From a virus: a DNA stretch of 64,000 bases. Positions 48,472 through 58,313 of this stretch are shown piece after piece. The position numbers and the translations under genes were made by a program. Under the pieces are notes generated by a model, which had not been told where the DNA came from, did not search any database, and saw only the letters and a list, made by a program, of their open reading frames with translations. Position 1 is the stretch's first letter. The number at the start of each line of letters is the position of its first letter. The stretch is from positions 112,804-176,803 of IMG/VR virus record IMGVR_UViG_3300009285_003054; one strand, 5' to 3'.

Positions 48472-49527
48472 TCACCTTGTTGCGGGGAAACGGGTTATGT
48501 CTTCTGCAAGAGAGTAGCACCCGTAATGCTTGAGCAGGATGTCCCGGAGCACGGACTGTGCGTGGTGGTTACGCTTCGGCCAGATACGAATCCTGCTGAG
48601 CTGAATGAGTGCATGGTTTCTCTTTATAGCGGCCATTCCTTGGGATATCTTCGCTCTTTCGGATTTTGAGAGAGAATTGGGCTCTCTAGCTATCGCTTGG
48701 ATGAGACTTTGTACCGATCCATCGCATCCGGAGAATGATTTGGATGCATCCTTATCAATAACCCACCACATAGCCCGGGCCAGAGCCTCCTTCCGAATTC
48801 TAGGTATTCCCGGAATGTGATCAGATGTGTCACCAGTTACCGCTTTGAACAATGGCACATTCACGGGGAGTACGGGGAAATGAACATGCAGATGAGAGCC
48901 CACTTCTGAAGGAGTCCGGACCCACCCATCCTTGTTTGTGGACGGGGTCCATAGTGTTACGGGGTCCACCAAGGAAAGAAGATCTCGATCGGATGTCATT
49001 ACTTGGATGGTGGCTCTAGTATGGCGTTTCTCCCGATCTTCTCGCTTCCTAAACCAATACAAAAAGGCCGAGATTACATCATCAGCTTCTTCGTCGGGAT
49101 GATAGAGGACATACCCCGGTAAAATAGATACGACCCGAGTGATGTCAGGCATAGGATCCCCATCCCGTCTCGAATCCTCTCTACCTCCTTTGTACTCGGT
49201 ATAGGACCGATACTTACGTTCCGGGTAACCGTCTAGTGCATACACCACCGATGTGGGTATAGTGGGGTGTTGTTTCAAAAAACTGATAATCGTGCGGACA
49301 AAGCCCAGAACATGTCCTGACTTGCGCCCGTTGTAAATCATCTTAGACAACGAAGGGGTGTGCCAACTACGCCACCCGATATTGTTGGAGTCTACGATAA
49401 TAACACGTCGCGCTCGGGACAAACCCACTAAATTAAAGTCAGGCAATCGGATGATATCCACAGGAAACCCACTAGGATGCACAGTTGTCAAAGAGCCCCG
49501 TTTGTGCGTGGTCCAACTCTTTCCCAA
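48472..49527 (-). CDS. 5'-3' exonuclease / flap endonuclease (PolI N-terminal or T4 RNase H family)
   Basis: IIVDSNN, ALDG, YKGGR, EADDVI, TSDRDL and GDTSDHIPGIPRI motifs. Confidence 0.92.
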   Translation of the reverse strand: MGKSWTTHKRGSLTTVHPSGFPVDIIRLPDFNLVGLSRARRVIIVDSNNIGWRSWHTPSLSKMIYNGRKSGHVLGFVRTIISFLKQHPTIPTSVVYALDGYPERKYRSYTEYKGGREDSRRDGDPMPDITRVVSILPGYVLYHPDEEADDVISAFLYWFRKREDREKRHTRATIQVMTSDRDLLSLVDPVTLWTPSTNKDGWVRTPSEVGSHLHVHFPVLPVNVPLFKAVTGDTSDHIPGIPRIRKEALARAMWWVIDKDASKSFSGCDGSVQSLIQAIAREPNSLSKSERAKISQGMAAIKRNHALIQLSRIRIWPKRNHHAQSVLRDILLKHYGCYSLAEDITRFPATR

Positions 49528-49840
49528 TCAACGTCATGTCGATAGGGACTTTGTTTTTTCCACGGATCGCAGCCAGCCATGACTCCAACCCCGAGGCTAT
49601 TGTTTTTTTGCAGCCGTAAGCCTGAGCCAGGTCGCACTCCGGAACCGCGACCGTAATTTGTATACCGTAGCTGGCCCGCAGTCTAGTGGTTTCCGGACGC
49701 TCCACCTGGTACACTCGGGAAATCACGTCCACTTCATTCCCATGATCTACTACCAATGAGAATGCAGGGCTTAGAATGTCTCGAATGCGACTGGCCAAAA
49801 CACACACCAGTTCGAGCGGCATATCAGTATTCGATCTCAC
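49472..49840 (-). CDS. Hypothetical protein
   Basis: 122-aa ORF with GTG start and GAGGAG RBS. Confidence 0.5.
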   Translation of the reverse strand: MRSNTDMPLELVCVLASRIRDILSPAFSLVVDHGNEVDVISRVYQVERPETTRLRASYGIQITVAVPECDLAQAYGCKKTIASGLESWLAAIRGKNKVPIDMTLIGKELDHAQTGLFDNCAS

Positions 49841-49853
49841 TTGTTACTCCTCA

Positions 49854-51341
49854 TCAGAGTGAAGTTAGTTCCGGCATAACCCCTTTTCCCGAGTTGACTT
49901 TGCTTCGTAACATCTTGACGTTATTACCCTGAGGCTTGCCATTCCCTTCCCTCAAAACTTTGTTACTATTTCCTGTTTTTTCTTTAAGGGTGTGCATCTC
50001 TCTAGTATGTGCAGAAGATCTCCGTTTGGTGGACATCATGTCCTTTCGGATAGAATCCTTTTCCATCACACCCCCGTCTTGAATACGCATGTGTTGGAAG
50101 TCCAAAAGCAACTGAATGTCGTATAGACGACTGTTCCTGGCTTTATCCTGGTGGGCTATGACATTCCCCCGCTCGCGTGATGCATCGTCCAATCGCCACC
50201 AAATCAAATTGTTGGCGTGCTCAGCCATCGCTCGACTATACTTCAGACGGTTGTCATCGTTGAGTTGCGCCATGACCAGCATGGCGCAATTGAGATAACG
50301 CTTACCAGCGATGATTTTCAGTATCTTTGCCGTCTCACCAAGTTGAATTCTCTCCTCATTGGATGTCCCATGAGGAGGCATAAGCAACCCGATGTAGTCG
50401 ATTATGACAACATCATATGCATAGCCACGAATCTCTGCTAGAAGTTGCCATGGGTCAATATACCCAGGATGGTACGTTGAAAATCGACACTTGTGTTTTA
50501 CCCCGTGTGCAATAAAACGCTTGCGTGCCCGTTGTAGTTCATCCTTTTGATACGGGGTAAGCTTCCTTCTTCTAATGGCATCGTGTTCTACCCCACTGAT
50601 ATTGGAATGAATCCGATCCCAAGCTTCACCCTCGTCCATTTCCAGCGATACCCAGAGAACATTGTATCCAGCTAGGTACATGTTGATGCCCACTTGCATC
50701 CCGAACACAGACTTTCCACCTCCGTAATTGGATGCGAAGAACACTAGATTGGTACGACCAAATCCGCCAGTGTTGGTGTCAAAACTCTCAAATCCCGTAG
50801 GGATCAACTCCATGGACTCATTATCGTCAAGGACAGACTGGAAAAGCCCACCCTCGTTGCTAGCCCCTACGTGGAAGATCATCGATCCAGTCGATGATCT
50901 CACACTCATCAAGTAACTTTCGATCTTGGATGCCAACCCAGCATGGTTGGGGTTATCTCGGCTGATCTCTTCAGCGGAGTCTTTCGCCAACATATAGAAT
51001 ATGCGCTGTTGTCGATAGGTATCAAGCCTCTCTACTGTGTGCGCAATATCACTTAGGCGAGAAAGACGGGATGGGTGTCGAGCCTGCTTTGGAGAAAGAC
51101 CCGACTTGATAAACAATCGCGCGGGTGTACTAAGTGCAGGATCTTCGGCTATAATCCTCGCAGATGGGATATCTCGATTAGCCTGAATATAGCCATGGAT
51201 TCGATCATATATCTCTGCTGCCGGGCGATGCCCAAAATGCTCCCTTCTTGTTGCTGAGAGCATTTGATTTCGTATGCTCCCACGACCATCCAGGATCGTT
51301 GCAAGCGCACGCAGTTCCAACCGGGGACTTACTCTTTTCAC
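49854..51341 (-). CDS. dnaB: Replicative DnaB-like helicase
   Basis: IPTGFESFD..TGG, ASNYGGGKS (Walker A), SLEM, IIDYIGL, AQLN and KARN motifs. Confidence 0.92.
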   Translation of the reverse strand: MKRVSPRLELRALATILDGRGSIRNQMLSATRREHFGHRPAAEIYDRIHGYIQANRDIPSARIIAEDPALSTPARLFIKSGLSPKQARHPSRLSRLSDIAHTVERLDTYRQQRIFYMLAKDSAEEISRDNPNHAGLASKIESYLMSVRSSTGSMIFHVGASNEGGLFQSVLDDNESMELIPTGFESFDTNTGGFGRTNLVFFASNYGGGKSVFGMQVGINMYLAGYNVLWVSLEMDEGEAWDRIHSNISGVEHDAIRRRKLTPYQKDELQRARKRFIAHGVKHKCRFSTYHPGYIDPWQLLAEIRGYAYDVVIIDYIGLLMPPHGTSNEERIQLGETAKILKIIAGKRYLNCAMLVMAQLNDDNRLKYSRAMAEHANNLIWWRLDDASRERGNVIAHQDKARNSRLYDIQLLLDFQHMRIQDGGVMEKDSIRKDMMSTKRRSSAHTREMHTLKEKTGNSNKVLREGNGKPQGNNVKMLRSKVNSGKGVMPELTSL

Positions 51342-51973
51342 CGAGACTCCCGCTTAGCAGAGAAACCACCCCGGGTATGTAAAATAACATCTGGTCGATA
51401 ATGCACGCGGTCGACCATAAAGTCAAAAGGATCTGTTCCCGCTATAATTACTATGCGTGTAGCCTCTGAAAAACGGGATAGCAGATCGCGTAGTAAGACT
51501 ACTCGGCTATCACATGCACAAAGAGGTATGATGTTGTAGAGAAGTACGATTGGTGCAGCGTCTGCAATGCGCCACCAATCCCTACCGATGTTATTCCCCG
51601 AATGGTCTGTCTCATCCAGACTGGGAACACGCCCCAGATCGATTACTTTCGCTGGCTTAGCAGGCAGAGTCAAGTAATGTCGAATGAGGTTCACCCCTAG
51701 ATGGAGTGCGACATCATCGGTCTCCGATGACCCAATGGCAACCACCCCGGAGGAAAGGAGTGTGTCTGCCCGTTCTAATAGTCTAGTGTAGACATCGAGT
51801 TGGCGCTCTGGTGTTATCCGAATCTTATGATCACCCGCCGGAATCGTGATTCCTAAGAAAGGTGGGAGTTTTACGAGGGGTTTCCAGTATTGTGAAGGGA
51901 TTCCTGCAAGAAGGAGCAAACGCTCATCAATAGATGCACGCTTCCATTGGGGACCTCGATATGTAAGGGACAT
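51338..51973 (-). CDS. DnaC/IstB-like helicase loader with degenerate P-loop
   Basis: LAGIPSQYW N-motif; LRDLLSRF...TRIVII; directly upstream of dnaB. The Walker A position reads GSSETDD. Confidence 0.5.
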   Translation of the reverse strand: MSLTYRGPQWKRASIDERLLLLAGIPSQYWKPLVKLPPFLGITIPAGDHKIRITPERQLDVYTRLLERADTLLSSGVVAIGSSETDDVALHLGVNLIRHYLTLPAKPAKVIDLGRVPSLDETDHSGNNIGRDWWRIADAAPIVLLYNIIPLCACDSRVVLLRDLLSRFSEATRIVIIAGTDPFDFMVDRVHYRPDVILHTRGGFSAKRESR

Positions 51974-52059
51974 ATCACAAACTTTCGGTGGGATAAGGAT
52001 TCTGTGGTTACTGGTTGCTCTTTATCCTCAGTCATAGTAGTGTGATCCAGAGCGCGGTC

Positions 52060-53673
52060 CTACACATAATCTTTCTTTCTCACTATGTAGGAAGGTTCTT
52101 TTGGGCCATAGTTTGAACCTTTTCGTGAAGATGCAACGTTCTCATCGCCACCATACATCTGAATCTTCAGTTCCCATGATCGATTGAGGAACCCGGCAAT
52201 GCGTGAGTCTTCCGGGTATGCTGTATCGTGATATATGACAATTTTTACTGGCCAGTGCTTGGCGTCGAGCATCGATCCCCCGCACTTAGAGCAGACATCC
52301 TTCCCGTCGGAAGATGTGCGCTTGCAGCTCTGGCACATCCGATAATCGCGCAGTACCCGCCCACGGCGCTGCTTGAGTGTTTGCACGTTGGTTGTAGGAG
52401 ATAGATCGTGTACACAATCTATTCCCGGCATATCGGTGTTCATTCCCACCGATCGATCTGTAGCTATAAGCACATCATACTCTCGGGAACCAACTGCCAG
52501 GATCTTTTGCTGCTGCTTACAGTCACCCCCCATAAGTATCTCAGAAACTATCTCGCGAGTCTTTTGCTTTCCATCACCAATGATAGGTACCCGCTCGGAT
52601 TTGAGCATAGACTGGAGCTGAAGGGCCTGTGCCCTCCGGTCTACTAGTACCAGTACCTTGTACCCACTGATCACATCGTCTAGAACCCCATCAACCACCA
52701 AGGAGTTCCGCGCACGTCTACGTGATAGCTGAGTACAAAGCGATCCATACCATTGCGCACCGTAGATGTACCGGGAGTTAACTTGTTCCCCTGTCTCTAC
52801 AGGAACCACTTCAGCGGTCTTTTGACATCCCAGGAATACTCCCTGCGTGACTACCGGACCACAGTAGTCGTAGGTCAGCTTATGTCTCCTGTCCCGGCGC
52901 ACCTCGTCTGCGGATAGCCCCATCCGCCAACGAGGTGCGAACGCTGTGAATACCTTGCTGGTCTCCAGTGCAGGAAGCATCACCGCTTCGTCGAAGATAA
53001 CCATCCCAAATGCGTGTCGAAGTATTCTCCGCATTGCCTTCCCCCTATGCGACATGAAAGCATTAGGGGTGGCTACACTGAAAGGGAACACATCGTCAAC
53101 AGACTTGATCTTACCTGCCTGTAGTATCCCGGCTAGTGGTTTGTATCCTCGGGATTCAAGCACCTTTGCGTTGGTGTGGGCGTATACCTCTCTTATCCAG
53201 TTTTCACACCAATTCGTTCGTGCGGTAATCACGAGGACCCTTTGATTGAGTCGGACTGCGACATAGATCCCGTAAAAGCATTTTCCCCAAGAAGTTGGAG
53301 CCAACACCAAGCCATACCCATCCGCTAGTTGATACTCAAGCAGACAAGTCTCTTGATTGTATCGCGGGGTGCTGGTCATTTTAATCCCTCGGGGGAGAGG
53401 GACCGACGCACGACAATCCTTCCATGTTACTTCGGGGAGTTTTGCTTTGATCAGTGCCAAACGTCCACTGTGAATGCGAATGGTCTTCCCTCGTCTCCGG
53501 AAGTTCTCTACTGTGACGGATATCGGACGCTCCTCAAACTGGGTTTCCCCATCGGAGTCAATCACCTCGACGGTCTCGATGTCTCGGAATCGATAGGTGA
53601 ACTCCCGAAGGAGTTTGGGGGGTACTGCCGATGCGGGGAGGTACACTCCGTTAGAAATCTTCCCTTTTATCAC
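52060..53673 (-). CDS. Superfamily 2 helicase (UvsW/RadD-like) with zinc-ribbon insertion
   Basis: PRYNQ (Q motif), APTSWGKC, FDEA, GLSA..RRD, QRRGRVLR and CQSC...CSKC. Confidence 0.85.
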   Translation of the reverse strand: MIKGKISNGVYLPASAVPPKLLREFTYRFRDIETVEVIDSDGETQFEERPISVTVENFRRRGKTIRIHSGRLALIKAKLPEVTWKDCRASVPLPRGIKMTSTPRYNQETCLLEYQLADGYGLVLAPTSWGKCFYGIYVAVRLNQRVLVITARTNWCENWIREVYAHTNAKVLESRGYKPLAGILQAGKIKSVDDVFPFSVATPNAFMSHRGKAMRRILRHAFGMVIFDEAVMLPALETSKVFTAFAPRWRMGLSADEVRRDRRHKLTYDYCGPVVTQGVFLGCQKTAEVVPVETGEQVNSRYIYGAQWYGSLCTQLSRRRARNSLVVDGVLDDVISGYKVLVLVDRRAQALQLQSMLKSERVPIIGDGKQKTREIVSEILMGGDCKQQQKILAVGSREYDVLIATDRSVGMNTDMPGIDCVHDLSPTTNVQTLKQRRGRVLRDYRMCQSCKRTSSDGKDVCSKCGGSMLDAKHWPVKIVIYHDTAYPEDSRIAGFLNRSWELKIQMYGGDENVASSRKGSNYGPKEPSYIVRKKDYV

Positions 53674-53677
53674 TACG

Positions 53678-54706
53678 TTACTCCCTAAAGATCGACATCA
53701 ATTGCCGCTGTAACCGTTTCCCATCATCCACGGACAACCCCGAGCCGGCCTTCTCTCGAAAGAATCCTCGCTGCACTGCGATTACTGCACCACCCAGGGC
53801 AACCCCCGAACTGATCAAGATGTCTACCTGATCCTTAAGATCTTCCCACATCGGACCCCAAGGCTCGTCCTGTATACGAGCAGGTGTCTCCCCTACTTCC
53901 CCCGTAGGGTCTTCCGGGGTATCTTCGGGAAGATCCTCGTCCCACTCCCGGAAACATCGAGATGCCACATGGATCTGGATCTTCGACAGTCCCGGTCTTT
54001 GTTCTTTTCCTCTCGGATCAGAACGTTGCTCCTGCGACCCAATTCGGTCAACTTCTCTACCTTTCCCCAGGCATAACTCCGCCTCACCAGCAAACATTGT
54101 CTCATCTGGAGCAGAAGATTCGTAAGGATCTGAAAACTGCTCTAGCTCTATGCTTTCATCTTCGGAAGAGGTAAGATTGACTGGCAACACATCCCACCGA
54201 CCTACCCCCGGGCCTACGGGATTCCATTGTACCAACAACCCATAATTAGGTGCAGGTCGAATGAGGAAGGCTGCTGGTTCCGAGTGTTTGTCCAGATCCA
54301 GCAGCTTCACTAGGTTACCGTCACTCCGTAGGTTCCAGTTGTTCCGGATATTGAACTGCATGTCCTGGTCGAAATAGCGGCAGTACCTACTCTTCGGGGA
54401 TCTAGGTCTCTGTGCTGTGTCTGTGAGAGATAACTCGGAACATGGCCTTCCCTTATGTGGCCTCGGGAGATCTATCCACCGAGTGCAATCCCCACAGGTA
54501 GCCACTAGGCGGCAAACATACTCTGAGCAGAGGTAGTCCGGGGGGGTACCTAGTTTCTTTCGATACCCAATCGGGACTACTCGGTCATGTTTGCATGTCC
54601 GATTTCTTCGAGGTGTAATCCACCAGAGGCAATTCTGGCATTGTGGTTCTGGGCGGGAGATTGATCCAGGCATGTTTCTACTCAAACAATTCGGAGGATT
54701 TGTCAT
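53678..54706 (-). CDS. Hypothetical protein with two Cys4 motifs
   Basis: CQNC..C..C.EY and CGDC..C..C.YF. Confidence 0.55.
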   Translation of the reverse strand: MTNPPNCLSRNMPGSISRPEPQCQNCLWWITPRRNRTCKHDRVVPIGYRKKLGTPPDYLCSEYVCRLVATCGDCTRWIDLPRPHKGRPCSELSLTDTAQRPRSPKSRYCRYFDQDMQFNIRNNWNLRSDGNLVKLLDLDKHSEPAAFLIRPAPNYGLLVQWNPVGPGVGRWDVLPVNLTSSEDESIELEQFSDPYESSAPDETMFAGEAELCLGKGREVDRIGSQEQRSDPRGKEQRPGLSKIQIHVASRCFREWDEDLPEDTPEDPTGEVGETPARIQDEPWGPMWEDLKDQVDILISSGVALGGAVIAVQRGFFREKAGSGLSVDDGKRLQRQLMSIFRE

Positions 54707-56330
54707 CTGCCGGGCGCAGGCGCTTGAAATTGGTGTGTCGAGACTTGATCCCCGGAGTGTCCTCTTGCCTCTCTACCTCCATGACCCTACCCTTCAGTCC
54801 CTCGCGGTCTGCCCAAAACTCTTTTCTTTGGTGCTCTTTGAATCCACCCCCAACCCGAATGAAGACACCGTCCTCGGTTTTGCAAAGGAACCCACCGAGC
54901 ATTCCCTTGTACATCCCATTCCCCTCGTAGGAATCCACAATCATCACATCAATGAACTCGAATGGTTTGATTCGGTACAGACCGGACTTTCTGCGGTCTG
55001 ACTCGTTATCCCCCGCATGATATGGGGCGTTTTGATCATAGATGATCGCACCCTCGTACCCAGCATCTCGGTACTTTTGATACTCGGCCAGAAGCCACCG
55101 CCGTACCGTAGCCGGTTTACGCACCGTAGTAGTAGACATGGGCACCAGCTGAATATTAGGAGCCGCCGCTTGCGTAGCAGGGAATAACAAGGGATTGAAC
55201 AGTTTCTTCCAACGATCCCCCCAAGCTGTCTTGCCCTCCCTGCGAAGAAATGTTGCGATTGGGATAATGTCAAATGCCCAAAATCTCATACTGGCACGCG
55301 CATGATCGGGATCATTCTTTTTGATTGCCTTAGCCGCTTCGGCCCAAGATTTTCCGGTAATATCTGTTGCCTCTCCATCTAAGATGCCGGATCGAAGTCC
55401 GGCATCTTGAATGATGGCCGCCGCCTGGGGCACCAGGAACGCAAGCTGGGGTTGCTCCAAGCCACTCCGACTGCGTACAACCCCACGCTCATTGCCCTCT
55501 TTTGATCGGGTAACCCAAATCTCCATTCGGAACCCGTCCAACTTAGGTCCTACGGAGAATTCCTCGGGGAGTGTATCCCCTCGGACAAATGCCTCCAGCG
55601 GAGCGTCCTTCTTGATAGTCTGACAGAGCTGCACCGCGTACATCGGAAACATCTGGGGCCACACCTTCCGGGCTGTGGTAACGCCAATGCGGATGCGTAG
55701 GTCTCGCATCAATACGCGATATGCCCACTTTCTGACATCCTTGGGCATCTTCTCCAAGATCCCCCTCATACGCTCTCGGATTTTGTTGTTTACGGCCGGG
55801 AGGGTATTGCATTTCATTAACAGGTCAATAAACTTTTGCCAGTGTCTTCCCCCTGAAGATCCCCCATCCATGTCTAAGTCCACTTCGAATGCCCCAGCAA
55901 ACCCAAACGACAGTCGCCAATCTAGTGTCAGTTGAAAGATCTTCTTCAGCACTGGGTTATCCCGTTCCTCGCGCAGCAATTCTATCTTGCTGTTGATTTC
56001 GTTCCCAAGACCTTCCACTTTGGTGAGGCATTTGATCGCTCGGGTGAGCACATACGAGAACACCTTGGGGCTGAAGTTGAGTTCCGACAACCAAAAAATC
56101 ATCTGAATTCTGTCGGACTCGGAATCGATACCGGCTGTACAGGCAACATCATGGATTTGCTCGGATATCATCCCATCGCGCACTAACGTGTCATACGGAC
56201 GGCACCCCCGCATATAATGTAACACCAACCCTGGTAAGTCATCACCCAATCCAATACGAATTCCTACCTTTTTCAGCCGCCGATCAAGTTGCTTTTGAAA
56301 TGTTGCTGCGCTTATCATTTTGATCTCCAA
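54678..56330 (-). CDS. ATP-dependent DNA ligase
   Basis: PKLDGFR (KxDG), SRSG, LDGE, FDII, GYEGAI, RIKP and an OB domain with VGGGF. Confidence 0.95.
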   Translation of the reverse strand: MEIKMISAATFQKQLDRRLKKVGIRIGLGDDLPGLVLHYMRGCRPYDTLVRDGMISEQIHDVACTAGIDSESDRIQMIFWLSELNFSPKVFSYVLTRAIKCLTKVEGLGNEINSKIELLREERDNPVLKKIFQLTLDWRLSFGFAGAFEVDLDMDGGSSGGRHWQKFIDLLMKCNTLPAVNNKIRERMRGILEKMPKDVRKWAYRVLMRDLRIRIGVTTARKVWPQMFPMYAVQLCQTIKKDAPLEAFVRGDTLPEEFSVGPKLDGFRMEIWVTRSKEGNERGVVRSRSGLEQPQLAFLVPQAAAIIQDAGLRSGILDGEATDITGKSWAEAAKAIKKNDPDHARASMRFWAFDIIPIATFLRREGKTAWGDRWKKLFNPLLFPATQAAAPNIQLVPMSTTTVRKPATVRRWLLAEYQKYRDAGYEGAIIYDQNAPYHAGDNESDRRKSGLYRIKPFEFIDVMIVDSYEGNGMYKGMLGGFLCKTEDGVFIRVGGGFKEHQRKEFWADREGLKGRVMEVERQEDTPGIKSRHTNFKRLRPADDKSSELFE

Positions 56331-56349
56331 ACGTTATTGTCTCTCTTGT

Positions 56350-57492
56350 CTAAGCTTTACTGGTTATGCATCTCTCCATCCGCCGCAGGATGGCCTGGAT
56401 CAGGTGAGATTTCCGAATGGATTGTGATCGGAACTCTGCCTTAATTTCCACACGCGCTTGGACGCTTTCTGGGATCATTTGTTGAAGTACATCGATGCCC
56501 AGCAATTGGGCTGCGAAGTATACATAGGGGTGGCAGGCTATTCGATCTGGTGCTATACGAAGCTTAGAGCTTCGTAGCCATGGCGGGGTAGGTACTATTC
56601 CCAGGATTCTGTATACCTCACTCTCTGTTCCCCCCTGGAGTACGTTCCCCCAGGGTGACCAGAGACCTCGTTCGTTGAGCACAAGGCCCTGTTGCTTGGC
56701 GCGGTAGCGGAGTGCCTTGTTATGCTCATCACCCCCGGTGAAGTAGCAGAGTGCAGACCCCCATTGCAACCGATTTGAGATAACCAGCAGATCTATACGG
56801 ATCCAACCTCGATCATCAAGGCGATAAAGGATACTACTCTTGCATCTTCCACGAACCAACGGTTCCCCTAGCTGCTGGAACGATTTGTGTATGCTGGCTG
56901 ACGGGCTACCCAGGCAAAGGAAATCCAAATCCCCTACAGTGTCCATTCGACGGCGGTAGGATCCTACGCAGCGCACGTCGGATCCGGGTGCAACCTGTTT
57001 AATCGTATTGCTAACTATGCTTACTGCGCGCTGTACGTGAATATCTGCCCGGGGCACGCGAGTATCTAAGAGACAAAATGCAACGCGGACAATCTTGTCC
57101 ATTTCGTGGTCTAATGTGTGTTTCTGGAATCGAGATAATAAGTCAGCGCGGGATCGAATGCCATATTTCAGGTAGAACCGATATGCACGACTATCCCCTA
57201 TTCCAGGGATAGTCGTCATAGTGAATACTGATTCGGGTGGGAACGCTCTCTCTATAAAACGCCACCTTCCCGAGAGAATACTCTCTATGTCGCGGCTTAC
57301 TATGCTGTTCCCATGGGATGCTGAGGTACCTCCGAGGATCTCATCTACTGATGCTTGATCGGGATTAGACATCCCCCTTGTGCGCTGGGCAGCTCGAATG
57401 TAGTACAGCCGGTTAGATGCTGGGATATCTCCGCACAAATACCGGTATCTCCCCAACTCCAGTATTATCTCGGGTATTGTTTTATTCGGCAT
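56350..57492 (-). CDS. polX: Family X DNA polymerase (no PHP domain)
   Basis: IPGIG (HhH), VGSYRR...GDLDFL, RIDL, YFTG..EHN..LR..A...GLVLNERGL and E.EVY..LG...PP.LR motifs. Confidence 0.92.
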   Translation of the reverse strand: MPNKTIPEIILELGRYRYLCGDIPASNRLYYIRAAQRTRGMSNPDQASVDEILGGTSASHGNSIVSRDIESILSGRWRFIERAFPPESVFTMTTIPGIGDSRAYRFYLKYGIRSRADLLSRFQKHTLDHEMDKIVRVAFCLLDTRVPRADIHVQRAVSIVSNTIKQVAPGSDVRCVGSYRRRMDTVGDLDFLCLGSPSASIHKSFQQLGEPLVRGRCKSSILYRLDDRGWIRIDLLVISNRLQWGSALCYFTGGDEHNKALRYRAKQQGLVLNERGLWSPWGNVLQGGTESEVYRILGIVPTPPWLRSSKLRIAPDRIACHPYVYFAAQLLGIDVLQQMIPESVQARVEIKAEFRSQSIRKSHLIQAILRRMERCITSKA

Positions 57493-57503
57493 AGTGTAGG
57501 TCC

Positions 57504-57542
57504 AAAAAAAAAGGACAGGAAAGTTTGATCCTCTCCTGCCCT
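57504..57542 (-). terminator. Rho-independent terminator downstream of acidic protein 1
   Basis: Minus strand AGGGCAGGAGAG-gatcaaa-CTTTCCTGTCCT forms a 12-bp stem (2 G-U pairs) followed by T8. Confidence 0.85.
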
Positions 57543-57571
57543 CTTTGACGCCAGTTGGTCATTCGCGGAAC

Positions 57572-58153
57572 CTACTTCTCCAGTACCGCCGCAAACTCTT
57601 GGCGCGCCAGCTCCAGCGCATGAAGCGCCTTGGTCATCTTGACCCATGCCGTCTTCATGGTGGAAAGGCCACCAACCTCCCCGACCTCCAGGGTGATCCC
57701 TTCTTCCTCAAGGGCTGCAGTGGCTTTCTTCAGCCCCTTCTTCGGGAGAAGCCACGCCTTGCTCTTCTTGTCGTAGGTGAATCCGGCGCTGGTGAGGATC
57801 TTCTTGTCAGGGATTTCATTTCCCGACACCTTCAGAGTCACTTTGTCATGGGGGACGACGATGAGACACTCTTCCTCTTCGTCTTCCTCTTCCTCTTCCT
57901 CTTCGTCTTCCTCTTCCTCTTCCTCTTCCTCTTCCTCTTCGTCTTCCTCCTCTTCGTCTTCCTCCTCTTCGTCTTCCTCCTCTTCGTCTTCGTCTTCGTC
58001 TTCGTCTTCCTCGTCCCAGTCCTCATCGTCGTCATCGTCGTCATCGTCTTCCTCTTTACCACCCTTCTTGGGTGTCGTCGAGGTGGATGACTTACCCTTT
58101 CCTACAGCCTTGGTATTGGCCTTGGTGTTGACCTTGCCTGTTGTCTTTGCCAT
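57572..58153 (-). CDS. Polyacidic protein 1 (basic N-tail, D/E tract of about 60 residues, HARP-like domain)
   Basis: AAGGAG RBS, own terminator, folded C-domain LTSAGFTYDKKSKAWLLP. Confidence 0.8.
   Translation of the reverse strand: MAKTTGKVNTKANTKAVGKGKSSTSTTPKKGGKEEDDDDDDDDEDWDEEDEDEDEDEEEEDEEEEDEEEEDEEEEEEEEEEEDEEEEEEEDEEEECLIVVPHDKVTLKVSGNEIPDKKILTSAGFTYDKKSKAWLLPKKGLKKATAALEEEGITLEVGEVGGLSTMKTAWVKMTKALHALELARQEFAAVLEK
57869..58054. repeat. (GAR/GAY)n low-complexity coding repeat (poly-Glu/Asp)
   Basis: CTCTTC/GTCTTC arrays on the plus strand. Confidence 0.9.
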
Positions 58154-58244
58154 TCTAGATTACTCCTTGTTCTTTCTCACCGCTACGCACACTGCCTACC
58201 AGTTTGCCTATTCAATCGGCGAGTCTTTTGATGATTACACCATA

Positions 58245-58270
58245 TAGTGCTAGGGCGCGCCCTAGCACTA
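58245..58270. promoter_or_regulatory. Perfect 26-bp palindrome TAGTGCTAGGGCGCGCCCTAGCACTA upstream of acidic protein 1
   Basis: Checked base by base. It runs into a TAGCAC x3 tandem at 58263-58280. The regulatory role is inferred. Confidence 0.55.
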
Positions 58271-58313
58271 GCACTAGCACACTGACACTTTACAGAAATA
58301 GATTATTCTCCTT

